Of a DNA stretch of 64,000 nt, positions 1 to 14,000 are shown piece by piece. The position numbers were made by a program, and so were the translations under genes. The notes under the pieces were generated by a model. That model did no database searches and was not told where the DNA came from. It saw only the letters and a program-made list of their open reading frames with translations. Position 1 is the stretch's first letter; each line of letters opens with the position of its first letter. Origin of the DNA: Ophelia neglecta (Eukaryota); assembly GCA_965285935.1 (NCBI GenBank), contig OZ260663.1, forward strand, positions 52,080,001 to 52,144,000, read 5' to 3'.

Positions 1-1387
1 TGGAAATCACAGCTGGGTTAGTCTTCAATGGATTAGATTAAAATAGTAATCCAATGTTCATGTATAGTGACTTTATTAACCTTCTCACTAGGTCACAACA
101 TTATGTGACATGAAACTGAAAGTGGCCATTAGTTCCCAGCGACTAATCCCTGAGACTGAAAAAAAAGACAGAAAAAACCCTAATTTTTGATGATAACTGA
201 GTGTTTGGGATTCATGTCTCCTGTCATGCCCCCTGCCCTTGGGGGGGTTTCTCAGAGTCATGCAGCACACCTGTGTTAGCATATTAACTGATTACTTGTC
301 CAGCTTATGGTGTGGCTTAGCATCCATCATTATCCACTGCAGCAGCAGTTTTGTAGCATTCTTTATCAGCAGTATGAATGTGTCTCACAATAGTTTGATA
401 ATGTAATTGCCAACTTTTTAAACAGGCTCTAAACTATGTGATGACACTAGTTACTGGTTACTATGGAATTTACTTAATGCAGGGACAACAGCAAACTTGA
501 AATAATACAATTTTTTGTACAAATGGATTCTCATAATTGAAATATGATGGGGTGCAACTAGATTTTCTTTTTTTTTCCCCCTATTTTCATCTGATTATGT
601 TATTATCTTAATTTTGACCCTCCAAAAGTAGCTGTACTAAGGGCAGAAGTACATGTGTTTGCTAAGAATAAGGTAAAAGTCTGAAGTACAGCTTCTATTA
701 ACTTTGCTGGTGCATTACCAAAGTCCTCAAAGGTAAACTTTCTTCGGAATGCAGTTTACATGAACATATATATGTACATACATTTTGACATCAACAATAA
801 TTTGCCCCATTGGTGTCCCCTTGTGTGTTATGAAGGTGTCTGTTTTCCTGTACGAGTCTCTCCTGGCCGCCTGACCAGTCAATACATCGAGGTGTACATC
901 GAGGTGTAGATAGATTATCAGCCAGACGTATGATTAATTGCTGTGGGCTCTGCAGTGTCCACATCATTACCAGGCTCCTGGCACTCCTTTGTCTTCTCAT
1001 GCCAGCAGACCTTGTTATTTCACCACCTATTTATTTCACGCCAAATTAGAGTGCCCACTGCGGCAATGAAAGCTGCTGATAGATCTCCAAAGTTGTTTGT
1101 CAGCAGCACACTTCTCCAGGATTTGTTTATGTAATTCTATGCTCATTCACTTCTACTGACAATTCTTGAATAGACAGAAGCAAAACTCCTTCAACATGCT
1201 ATTTAAGGCCGAAGAGTTTGTTTTACAAGTTGTTGATGGACATGAGTTTTAAACCAAAGGTAAATTCGATAAATAATCAGGCTAATGATACACAGAAGAC
1301 CCATTTGCTGCTGTGTGGTATGACAATCCCCTTAAAAATATAGAAATCATCTCTTCTGGAAGACTGCATAGCATGTCAGCATATAAT

Positions 1388-1412
1388 TATATATATATAT
1401 ATATATATATAT
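1388..1412. repeat. (TA)n microsatellite
   Basis: Direct read. Confidence 0.9.
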
Positions 1413-4400
1413 TATATGACTAAAATGAAAACTGATAAAGAACTAAAAATTTGCCAGCATTGTTTTTTATGCATTTTTTGTCCTATCCTGTAATCTAACC
1501 ATCTTTTCATAACATTTTATTTTGTGCACTTTGATTATATAATTCTCTTTCCCCAGCACATGATAAAAACTGCCATGTAAACCAGCCAATAAAGGAAGAG
1601 CATTTAGCCAGTTTCACCATTTGTCGTTGTTGGTAGCGTGACACTTTATTGAGTGGCTTTTACCAAAAAAAATGAACATGTTTATGACAAGACAAGTCTG
1701 GGCTCTTGATACCAAACACGATTTTTCACTCAATGGTGGTACATATATAAAATAGAAGGAATGGAATCACTTATATTTCAAGGATTAAGAACAAACAATG
1801 AATTAAGAGTGGATTTGTAAATCAGTGTGGGTGGAATAAAAAACATGTTGTGTAAGTGTAAATACAGGATATGTTTTTGCACATTTTTCAAGTCAATATT
1901 TTCATAACTTATAAAACTTATAAGAAGTATTTACCAGGTATAATTGTACTCTCAAGAAAGAGAAATCACATTTTCTATTGTAAAAATTTTAAAGAAATCC
2001 ATGTTGTGGGCAAATAACAGTTGGTTCACTCACTTTGTTTTAAATCTATAGTCTCAGTGTCGAATAGTTGAGAGTATTTGAGTCTGATCACTTAGAAATC
2101 TTGTGTTTACATGTGTTAACCTGACTTTATTTAAAGTGTGTTAGTCTTATTGGAGGTGTGAGATGGGTTTTAGCAGATATCCCTAACAGACACGATACAA
2201 GTAGGGTATTGGTTTGTGTTTTATCAGTGGTGAGGAATGTCTGCCTTTCCTCTGAGCGATGCCTGTGGGGACAGTTGGGGAGAGCGCACAATGATGGGCT
2301 ACTTGATAACCTTTGAAGGCGGTCAGTTCTCAAATTGACGTCATTACTAGTTTTAAATGTCTACACCATTGGAGCGGTATACCTGGAATAGCACTTAAGC
2401 ATAGAAATCTGCTTGGATGAGTTAAAATGTTCACTTCCTGTATAGTTGCTTGATTGGGTTCCAGTCATTATTACACAGTCCACCGACTAAAATAACAAAC
2501 AGATTGACAATTCTCATCATTACTAAGACTTTCGGTGCACATTTTAGATTATCGTCATATGAAAAGTGTATTCAAGGGTTTTCAATATAATAGGCTAGTG
2601 GATTCCGTAGCGGCCCACACCCAGTAATAGTTGGTGAAGTGGGCCAGTTAGACATATAGAATATCTTGGCAGGTGTGTCAGATAACAAGACTAAAGGATG
2701 TTTAGGCTTTCTTCCTGGCAGGTATTAAGGCATGTGGTGAGAGGGTGTGGGGCTGTAACCCAAACAGGAAACAGCAAGCCATCATCAGACGGCACCTGGC
2801 AATCGCATTGAAAGATCACAGTATACAAGTCTTAGATTCAGGATTCCTGCCTGTTGTCGTCCAGAATGTAGAAAAAAAACAGAAAAATGTCTTCAAAGAC
2901 AAATGTACAGGGGTTAGTTCCTTAAGCTGGTGACCTTGGTAGTTGTTTTCATAATAGACACTCAAGTACCATTCATGTATTGTGTCCTCTGGGTGGTGGA
3001 TTTTTAGGGAATCCCATATGGGGACATCTTATGCCGTAACCATATAGCTTTTATTCATACAATTAAGCTCCAGGATGATGTATTCATTTCTTATCCAATT
3101 TCTGTAAAGTTATTATGCATGGTTATCTTGCTCCCAATAGTTTCTTAGATAAAAAAAATGAGCATTAAATAATCAGATAATATGTCATATACAGTGCATA
3201 AGTGGATTGCATGGTGGATAATTCTACCTGTAAAGGAAGGCGCGTGTGCTTCATTCATACATATATACATGTACATGAATGTGCGTATATGCGCGCTTGC
3301 TGGCTAGCCGAGAATAACAAGAAATTTACCTGTGCTGCAACAGGTGTCATTATCTTGTGGCTGTCACAACTACATGTACAAGTTTTTCCTTACAGAACTC
3401 TATGTTCTCCATGTTATTTTTGTCTGACATAGATTTTCAATAGTAAATTTAGTGTTGTAAAAAATGCATGACATCTGCTCCTGACTTGTCTTAAAACTGT
3501 CTGCTTCCCTGCTAGGCTAGATATTGAATTTCTAAATGGCAGGATAATAAATCCATCTTAGGCACTCCCACTGTATTTATACAGATATGATTACTATAAC
3601 AGGAAATTACTTCCTGTCAAAATTATGAGCTGATTGTAATTGAAGTTAGACATCAGAAGTGTAAATAATCTTGAAAGATAAGCCATTTGAAAAGGTTATA
3701 TCAATAAATAGCATAAACCCTGTATTATCCAATCCACTCATTTGCTTGACATATAAATAAGGCCATATACCACGTTAGTTTCAAGTTGGGAAAAAATATT
3801 CTAGGTGATAAATTAACCTTCGTATTAAATGAACATTATACTGTATGTCATTCTCTAACATACATTAAAGCAAAAATAAGTACCCTTACAGCAAAAAAAG
3901 GAGTAAGCTTACAGCAAAAAGGAGTACCAGTCTGAATTTGTGTGAATAACATGGTAGATTTGATCCCAAGGGGAAAGTAATACCAACATGAGCCTTATTG
4001 GAATGATGATGTATGTCAATGTGCTGAAATACCCATCACATTTCTCTATCTTCTCTTCCTGGGGAAGATTACACTGCCAGTGTATATAATTCAAAATCTC
4101 TCCACCTGCATTGACATGTACTGATATCATATGTCTGCAAGGATGGTGTCTTGGTGTCTTGCCAGTAGGCTCTCAATCTGCCCATGCTTCTAAATAGGGA
4201 CTTAGTCATATTATGGCTTATACAGTACATGTACAGAGAAACTCTGATAATAATAAATAGAGCATTTGATTTATGGTCCATTTTCTTGTAATTGCATGCC
4301 AAAACGTTAGATGTTGCATAGATTTTAAAATTGACAAGCTGTGCATCAAACTAAAAAGTCGGCTGCTATGGATAAAAATCCTGATGACAAATGGGTAGAT

Positions 4401-5035
4401 AATTAAGACACTTAAACATGTGCTATAGGAGGTCCTCAGGCCTCAAATCATTTGCTTACCATGATCAAGTTTTTTGACTCTTTGTTTTATTTCTTGCTGA
4501 GTGTTTTCTTTTTCCAAGAAAAATGTACACTTGCCATTTGTGCACTTTTTCCTAATATAAGTAAAGCTTTTAATAATACTAGTACTATACGGACTAGGCC
4601 ATATCAATGAACTTGATGAATAATAGGCTAAGTTACATTGTATTGTTAAATGTTGCCCACATGGAGTATTTTCTGGAAGGGATGTACATGTACATGTGTA
4701 CATGCAGAGATAGGAGGAATCAATGCGCTGCCCGCTGGAGTGCTGCAGCCGGCCTGCCAGTTTGTGCAGCAAGCAGTGCCAGTTGCTGGCAGTGGTAGCC
4801 GACATGTGGACTTCTGAACACCTCCTCATCACCATGCCTTTGATCCGTCTGCCGTTATCAGCACAATCGTTGACAAGCCCAACTACTTGTAACTCGTTCT
4901 AGTGACTAGGGATATTTCTTGGCTACCTGCCTGGATGATTACCTCTTGTCAGTTGGATTATCAACACGGACTCTTCCAAGTGTTATCACCCACTTTCTGT
5001 GTCATTGACAGACTCCCCTCACCTGACCAGTCACA

Positions 5036-5043
5036 ATGCCAAG
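5036..5043 (+). CDS. Candidate first coding micro-segment (MP-S) of the long isoform
   Basis: acaATG CCA AG|gtagtc phase-2 donor at the end of a GC/CpG-enriched stretch (about 4720-5043); in-frame TGA upstream at 5024. Confidence 0.45.
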
Positions 5044-8000
5044 GTAGTCTTTAAATAACTTTTCTCTGATGCTTATTAAAAACTGTTTTTTCCATCAGAT
5101 AATAATTAACTGCTGATCTGTTTAGGTTTTTTCAAACTCAGTTCACAGTCTTGTGTATTAACATGCAGGTATAACTGCGCATTTTCAACCACCATGTGCT
5201 ACTCCTTTAACCTTATACACACACAGCGGTGGCTAAGCAACTTTTTACTACTTCATCAGACTCCCTGGAGACTGGATCAATAGTGATTACATAACTGTGT
5301 CATGCTGGTTAGCTAGTTGGAGTCGGGTTTGCTGCTTCTGTTTCAGTAATAATTAATATGAAATGACTAGATTCTGCATGCCTATTATAGTTAGTGAATT
5401 TGCATGAATAAATCCTGGTAATGTGTTTATTTGTTGTAGATAAATTGCTTTGAAAATTACCATGTAATTCACATAATATCTCACCTGTTAAGTATACCTA
5501 TTGAAATACCAGCTTTTCCCATACAAGTATAGTTTGATATGGGCATGTATCAGTGTTATCAGCTTGTTAATTACTGTGTGGGTTTTCCAACATTGTATGT
5601 TCAAATTCGTGTTTACTTTAACATGTATCTTGAAAGCATGTTATCTTCCTTGATCAGCTAACTTCCTTCTTTTTATGATATATTTGTCATTAAATGCGAA
5701 AAACTGTCTGTTTTACCACAACTCAATGAATTTGGAAACAATTAGTTAATAACATAAAATTTGCCGGCATGGAACTAGTATAATTTTCATTGTGGAAGTT
5801 TTTTTAATTGTGTACCATTCATTGGCCATATACAACTGGCTAGTTGAACATGTGACAGTGAGATAGTCTTCTGGTAAACCTAGTACTAAATAGAGAGCTT
5901 CACAGGCAGGCTGTGTGGCACTACATCACTAGTATGGGGAAGTTGAATGAGTCAGAGAGACGTTTGCCAGGGCAGAGTCATCCAGTCATGTATTGGCACT
6001 TAGCATTTTTGAAGAAAAACTGGCCTAACAACTGTTTTTCAGTGTGGATTTGATGTGAAGACATTCTGATGCTCCATCCTGAGCTGTTGAGCTCATCAGT
6101 CATGGCAGGGCCCAGCATGCTACTACAGATCCAGGCCAGAAAACACCCAACATGATGTCCGTCAGCCCCCTTTGAAAATTTGCCAAAGAAACTACATGTA
6201 CTGTACTTTATATGCTGTGAAGCAGTTTTTATTGTTTGTTTGTAATCAATATGCTTAGACCCAGTGTTGCTTCAGCTACAATTGCTGCATTTTGTACATT
6301 ATTTGGGCACTGCCCCAGTCCCAACCCATATAAATATATACAAATGAATTTAATATTTTCAGTCAAACTTGCATGGCTTTAACTCGGCAATGTTTTACTG
6401 TACCAATTCCTCATTGACTGTTGACAAATTTTTTGGCATCCACTTGGCAATGTTTTTATGCTGAACATAATACAGCATGCCATCATATTCTGCTTTTTAC
6501 AAGGATAGTTGAACAGTATTTCATTTAAAGAAAAGTGTCAAATGAAGTAGTTATACTACTTTCTTGCATAACACCTTTATGGTTTCTTCATGTGAGAAAT
6601 TTTTACCATTGCTTGCTTGAACGGTTTAATCCAAATAAAAGGCCCCCATATAGCCACACAATAGCTTTCAGCTTCCTGCCAATCTAGAACATTCAGTAGA
6701 TGAATAAAAAAGATTCTAAACAAGAAGGATAAAGGAAAATTGACAGGAGATCAACGAAAAATTATAAATAAGCATTGACATTTACGAACACCCAGTTTTA
6801 CGATAAGGCTGGTGCTGAAAGTAAAAACTTAAACTGACAAGAAGACAAATGAACTTATTATCTGGCATGAGGGAGTATGGTGAGTGAAAATGTATCCTGT
6901 ACTGCTTTTTCATGTTCAGATAATCTGGAATTTCTAGGGGCAAAAACTTTTGACTTCCTGCCTGGAAATTGCCTTGAGTAGATCAGCCCACATCACAGTG
7001 TTCAATTTGATAAATGGAGGCAAATGCTGTGGAGAGTTGGCATAAAACGTGCACTTGGCTCACCCTGGTATGCTCAACTGACATTAAAGATTTGACTGCT
7101 TACATCTCTCCATCTTAACTTAGGATAAACCAATAGATTATATATTATGATTATGGGTGTGGTCTTTCATAGATTTATTATGACACAAGTCCACCGAGAT
7201 CCTAGTAGTTGTATATTTTGTTTGGTAAAGTTACATTGTCTTGATCAGGGCTTCACTCGACGAGAACATTACTAGTGATTAACTCACCAGAGTTACTTAC
7301 CACCATGGTCTATTTCAGCTAGAGAATCTATGATGAGATTAAATCTTGGGGCATTTTGAGCCTAGGTAGGCGGTTTTTCAGCTATGTGTGGTTAGATATC
7401 ACTGGTAGAGGATGGGGTGTGTTGATTAATGGCACTTCTGAGTTTTATTTTCTGGTTACTCCTTGACTTGTTGGGGTTTACCTGCTGGCAGCCAGACAGG
7501 TAACTATCTCATCCTCTGAGATGTACCACACAGGGAGTCCCCGAGGGAACTACGCAGAAGAGGCTGTCATCTCTACTTTATGTAAAAATACTTACTTAGC
7601 AGGACATTCCCATCAGAAACAATCCACCATCTGACATCTTGGATTGTGGTGAAGCATGAAATGCCTTTCAAGTTGGACTCTGGTTGCCCATGACGACCTC
7701 CAGAGAACTACACTGACATGCATATGAAGTGTATCTGCCACACAATAACTAACAATCACTGACACTCACCTGTCAATTGTCTACCCATGTAAATGGAGAA
7801 TGACTGCACCCTCCCCCACCCCCCCCATTCCCCAACTTTTATATGGAAGAAGGAAACAAACAGATCAACTACCCAAAGCAAATCGAGTACACATGCAACC
7901 AACATTTTATTCTGATAAAACAGTGAATGTCTATGTGATCTAGCTGATTTACATTTTCATGTATGTGAACCTGCCCCCCACCCCTCATCCCTCTAACCTC

Positions 8001-11000
8001 AAAGCTTATACGAGCTTATTGTATGTACGACTCGGACATGCCTATATTTACATATGTTGATAGAGGAGTAATATTGTGTTGTATACATATGCTCCCAGGA
8101 TTGCTGGCTATACATGCTGACAATTTCCCAATACCATTTCTTTTGACATTATCTAGTATCAAAAGGGCATATCAATTGTCCGCCTTTGTGGGTGAAAGCC
8201 TGTGTTTTTAGATGCCTTACTATGATATAGAAGGCTGGCTCTTTTCTAATTATATGCATGGCATTGACTGAATGCTCAGTCTCAAGCCACCATCGGTGTG
8301 GTATTAAGATTCAAGGCATCAGAAATGTTTCATCATCATTTAAATCTAGGCCTGTGATTCCCAGGATACAGCACGAACCTATACAATAATGTATTGATCT
8401 AGTTTCACTTGAAAACAACTTTGATATCTTTATCCAGAAATCCTTTATATTGTTTATTGACGATCAATACCTACTCAGCACACAAGAAAAAAAGTTTGAT
8501 AAGAGTCAATCTCTCTTGGGTTGGTGGTTTTCAATATAAAATGCCAAAAGCTGGAAGCATAGGTCATGGTTCATTGATAATCAACTGACTAAGCCTCTGT
8601 GAGTCAGAGGTAATTCTTTTGTTTCTGTATGACATGTGACCACTTGGGATTTTAGCAGACGCTTGAAGCCAAATACCATCTTCATTGATGGTATCAAAGC
8701 AGGCCTGTAAAAAAACATGATTCTCACAGTCATGTACTCTATGTGCCATTTTGAATAATCATAATAACTAATATATCAGATTACATCAGTACATTTACAA
8801 AAATATGAATTACAAATTACAGTTTTGAACTTCATAACTGAAACAAAAAACAGTTGCCCAAACTGCTATGTAAATGTGTGAGCACCATTAAGATTGTAGT
8901 TACAAATTTAATATCCTAAATATTTGAAAGAAACATGAGTGACAATCAACCATAATATTTGTCCTCTGATTATTCCAAGTTGGGCTCTACATGGCCTCCT
9001 TGGGTGACCCGACCTCATTTATAAATAATAATGATCCCTGGAGTTTACAAAATAAACCAGAGAAGGGTGTGGAGAGGGGGGCAGTGGTTTGGTGGTTATC
9101 ATTACCTAGTCAAAATAGGTAATTTGGCTGATCCCCAATCTCTGCATAGCCCAGAGCCAGCATAGCCCCAATTATACCCAACAAGGTTCCCAATTGTCCT
9201 AACAAGCTATGGTTTGCCTCAATGAAACCCAAAACTGTCAGCAAGTTTGTCAGTCGTCTGCCCTAACTGGCCTTAGATTTAGGGAATAGAAAATACTTGG
9301 TCCACCTATATTGCCACAAACACTGGACAATTTGTGCGCTTAGGACGTCCAGGGGACAAATTGATTTGGCTATTACTCTGCTCTAATGTAGTTTACAGGT
9401 TAAGCTGGCCATGTAAACCTGGCTGATTGATTCTATGTCATTAGGAAGAGCAAACTGAGACCGCTGGATGACGGCCCCCGTTTACTTGTATACTACATGC
9501 ACCACACCTATATGGTACGGCTATCTGAATGAGATATGACAAGATAGCTTTATGTGTTCATTTTTCTGATGATAATAAAGCACATTTCTAGTTGCTGAAC
9601 AATAGTTATTTCTTTTAAGTTTAAATTGTTTTACTTTCAGTTAAGTTCATTTAGGTTAGTTGGTTTAAGTGACATGGTAAGGTCCAGAGTTGGACCCAGA
9701 TTAGGCTCTTTCTTAAAAAAACAAAATGGCTACTACCCCCATAAAGTCAAACTACTTGATTGTGTGATAGCCATCAAAAACAGGTCTGAATGGAATGGTT
9801 GCATGGAACACAGAAAGGCCTATATTTTTTCAACATGAAAAAGCAAAATGGCCAACACTGTTCTTCAAATCTACGTGCTGCATGATCAAAGACTTACTAT
9901 TTCACCCGTCATCTTGTCGGATATGTGCTACTAAAATCAGAGCACCATTGTGCTGCTAATAAAATTAAATAATCTTAGAATCATGGAACCTTGTCCAATA
10001 CTGTTTTATTTGTTTTTCCTGTGCAGCCTGTCCCTATATGACACTTGATTTAGAGAATTAGCATCATATTTATTGAAAGTATACATTTACCAAACATTTG
10101 GTACTTAAGAAACCCATATATCAATCACAATTCTTACTAAGACCATCACAGTATGCCATTTTTAATGATTTAAGGTGCTGGTTGTCATGGATAACATGTG
10201 ATTCAAGCTAATAATTCAAGTTGGACCATCAATCAGAAGGCAGAAGTTATTTTCACAAATTTATTGTTCACATAACAAAAAAACCTTTTTTACAATATTC
10301 TGAAAACAATCTGATAATGGACAAACATTTTTGGAATTAATTTGTCAGTGAAAGTGTTATAGTGTAAGAGAAATTTAGTTGTCAATAAAAGGCAACTTTT
10401 GTGTTACAAGTCTAGTGATGACCTTGAATTTTAACTCTCTTCTTGAGTCAGTCTGAGATCAATTTGTTTGTACAGGAGATCCTCTCTGCTGCGGATACTA
10501 CTTCAGTTTTGAAATGTGGACATACCCAGTAGATGTTCGTTGGCAGCGTGCTCGGCAAAATTTTAAGATATGATTTTATGCCCAATTTATGCTGTCTCAT
10601 TTGTGAATGTCCTAAATGTAAAAAATAAGGAAAATTATTGTATTTCCGGATAGCATTTTAGTTCTTATACTGTCATTGATCTAAATATCCTATCGCTCAG
10701 ATACTTTAAATGGTTAACAATTATTTAAAAAAAAGATTAAGTGGAAAATTTTTTTTTTATGTGAATGTTAAATTTTCAAGAGAAATATTTTCTGAGTTGG
10801 CAATTTTTTGTAAACTAATTATGCTTGGCAGTGATGCTTCTGCAAAATGAATAATTCATGTTCTTCCAAATACACACTAGGTTTACTAATGTACATACTA
10901 TTGTAGCTGCAAGGAACTTTAATTCATTCCTAAACTAACATTTCATTGATTTCGCCAGCAGCTGATCAGTGCATTTTTTCTAGGCAAACTTCAATATCAT

Positions 11001-14000
11001 ATATCAAATTGGCTATTTGAAGCTTAATAAATAAATATCAGTTAATGTACTGGAAGGTACAGATCTGAGTCATAACATACAGGTTGATGCAGAAAATGAC
11101 ATTTGGCTGTACATTGATATCAATATATCCCTTCTTCTTCCACTGAGCCACTGTATAGAAACCTAAAACCAACTGCCTATTCATATGCTTTCAATTACTG
11201 AGGCCATTAGATACATTTGGCAATAAAATTTGGCAAATTGTTCACAGCTAATCTGGAAAACTTGGTTTCAAAGTTTAAAGATAACAAAACTAATGTGTTT
11301 ATTTTTTAAAAGTACTGGCTGAATTACAGCATACATGGTATACATGTACATGTACATGTATACCATGTATACCACATTATATAAGGTTTATATACAGTTT
11401 ACCCTGTTTGTAGACCTGAAAATTGTTTCTTTCTTCCTTTATGTTAATATAATTGCATTAAATTTGCATCTAACATTACTAATATTCTGACTAACAATTG
11501 AGGATTAATACATTTTACATTTTGAAATTATAATATTTATTTAAGAATTTAATCCCAGCCTGCTGTTAGTATACAATCCCAGACACTGTGACAGGCTTAT
11601 AATTAGCAGTTTGTATACAGCTTATATTAACTCATTCTGTTCTTCATTCTCTCCTTGTATCTAGCGAGGACAATTCTCCGCCAAACGCCGTCCTCAAAGG
11701 AAACAATAACAAAACTGAAACCAAGGAAGTTCACCGGGTGACATTTGCCGAATCTCATACTGAAAAAATTGTTAATACTGAAACCGACCCAGACCCTGTG
11801 ATAACGGAAAATGGTAGTTGTGTCATGGAAACAAATTCTGATGAAATTTCTAGTCACTCTGAGAGTAAAGACTCTAATGCTAACCATACCAAATCCGAGC
11901 CCGACGGCTCAAATACTTCGCAAAGCATGCCCCTGGCACCCATAATCCGACTGCAGAGGTCTTGGAGGTAGGTATCTCCTATTATCTGCATGCCCTCCAG
12001 CCAAATCATGTGGATATTGTGTATTGTAAATAAAAAAAACACAACCTGGTGGTAGCCTAACCTAGTGGTGGTGGTATCTATCTGAGGAGATCAAAAGCAT
12101 GCACACATTTTAGTTTACACAGGGAAAAGGGAATTCATAACCAATTTGGCAAAAACCTGTATTTATCGCATAAAGTCATTAGGTCAAGGCTAAACTTATT
12201 CGTTACATCTGACTTCTGATAATCGAGAATAGTTGGCAGGGTATCATTGTTTACCTAGTAGTACTGCCAAGAACTTGGAACCAAGAAATCCTGTATCTAA
12301 CTAGAGTGAGTAGTATCCGTTAGTATTTGTATCACATCAGCAATATACTGTTCACTTCTAATTTTTCATTAAATGGGCAAACAATATGCTATCAGATTAC
12401 AAATCCTGGCATGATTGTAAGTTGAATTGGAATAAGAATTACAAAAGAATAACATTAGTTAAAACATAGGAACAAATTTCAGTTCCTTATTTCTGTACTA
12501 CTGCATGTGCCATCCCCAACAAACCAACTCATGGGATTTACAGAGATAGGAAATATCCATACATCTAGTATGATTTATGTCTTTGATACACTTGCATGAT
12601 GAGAACAAACTATTTTGTGTTGTTTTGGAGAGTCTTCAATATTTTGTCAGCTGTGTGATAAAAAAGGTGTATTTTATGGGTCTAAGTATTGGGAGCTTGT
12701 CTTTAAGTATACCAGCTAACTTTACAACTCTGACCGGACTGTGGTACTTGTGGACGACTAGAGTGAAGATGTTTTAAGCTAAATATAAATGTATGAATAT
12801 GTGAATTATCTCTTAAATATGAGAACACTGATATTGATTCCTAGAGAGTTTTTAATCAATAAATATACCCTTTGTGTACTCTTATCCCGCAGCCCATTGA
12901 CGTTTTCAAAGTTCAACCACCTGCAACATGTACATGAACGTGTGTATATACATATACATGTACATCAGGGTATCCTGTGGTGGCCAGGGCAATTTTCTGA
13001 GATTGCCTGATTGTATTACAGTGACAGAAATTCAATAGAAGTTTACCGCTGCTCCAATCAATCAGCAAAGATACTATTAATAATATACAGAGATCGGGAT
13101 GCATGCAAATGGCTTTGACTTAAATTGAGAGGTTGATATCTCCTTTATCTTAACAAATAGTATCCACTTTGGGACTATTTCTAAACTGAAGCTATTAATG
13201 TCTTAGATGGAGTTCAATGTTATTGCCTAAATCATGGCCCAGATGACCATGTCAAATGGTGATCTAAAACTGTGAAAGGATCACTGATGGGGAATGACAA
13301 GGTCCCAGGCATTGAGTCCCTGGCACTGACCGGTCTGAGGTTAGCTCAGTGCCTACATGGGTCAGCCTTGTATAATCTTAAATGTACATGTATATGACAT
13401 GCTAAGGGCACACCATTAGTAAACTGGGAGGAGAGGGCAGGGGCATAAATAGAAATGTGGAAAAACTTCTCTTATCTCAAGACATGAGGTCTGCAATTTT
13501 TCACACAAATACATGTAAGTAGAGATGAGATTCCTGAAACTGAGAGACCAAATACATGTGAGAACCCACATTTTGTTTTTACAACTCCTCCTTCCCCCTC
13601 CCCCCTCCCCCTCCCACCCAAAAAATTCCTATTGGTGCTTCCCTTACCAGCAAACAAGACCTGTACGGTAACAATCTCAGTATACCACAATTACAGCAAG
13701 TTGGTCCATTGAAGGATACATAGTCCTGGAACCTGACAGACGAAGAATTCTGTTAGGGTGGAGCTCTTCATCCTGAATGTTTGGATAATGTTAATCTGTT
13801 TTATTTTGACATGGTTGGGAAGCTTTATTCTGTTGAAAACACCCCCCAGTGTATGCAGCCTGTCTGTCGGTTGAATGTAATACAGCTGATTAGTGCTACT
13901 CCAATCCAGACATGATCTCTCTGCTCTACTTAACTCAGAGAATGCTTAATCAGCCTAATCTGATGGGTATTCAAACCATACCAAGTGGCTCTCAGTTACC

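Noticed and set aside
88-4835. Short ORFs in the first 5 kb, including 4443..4835 (130 aa, - strand)
   Set aside because: No recognisable motifs, composition typical of AT-rich non-coding DNA, no consistent splice sites
6849-6885. Strong donor G|gtgagt after MNLLSGMREY
   Set aside because: Phase 1, incompatible with downstream exons; surrounding frames are interrupted by stops
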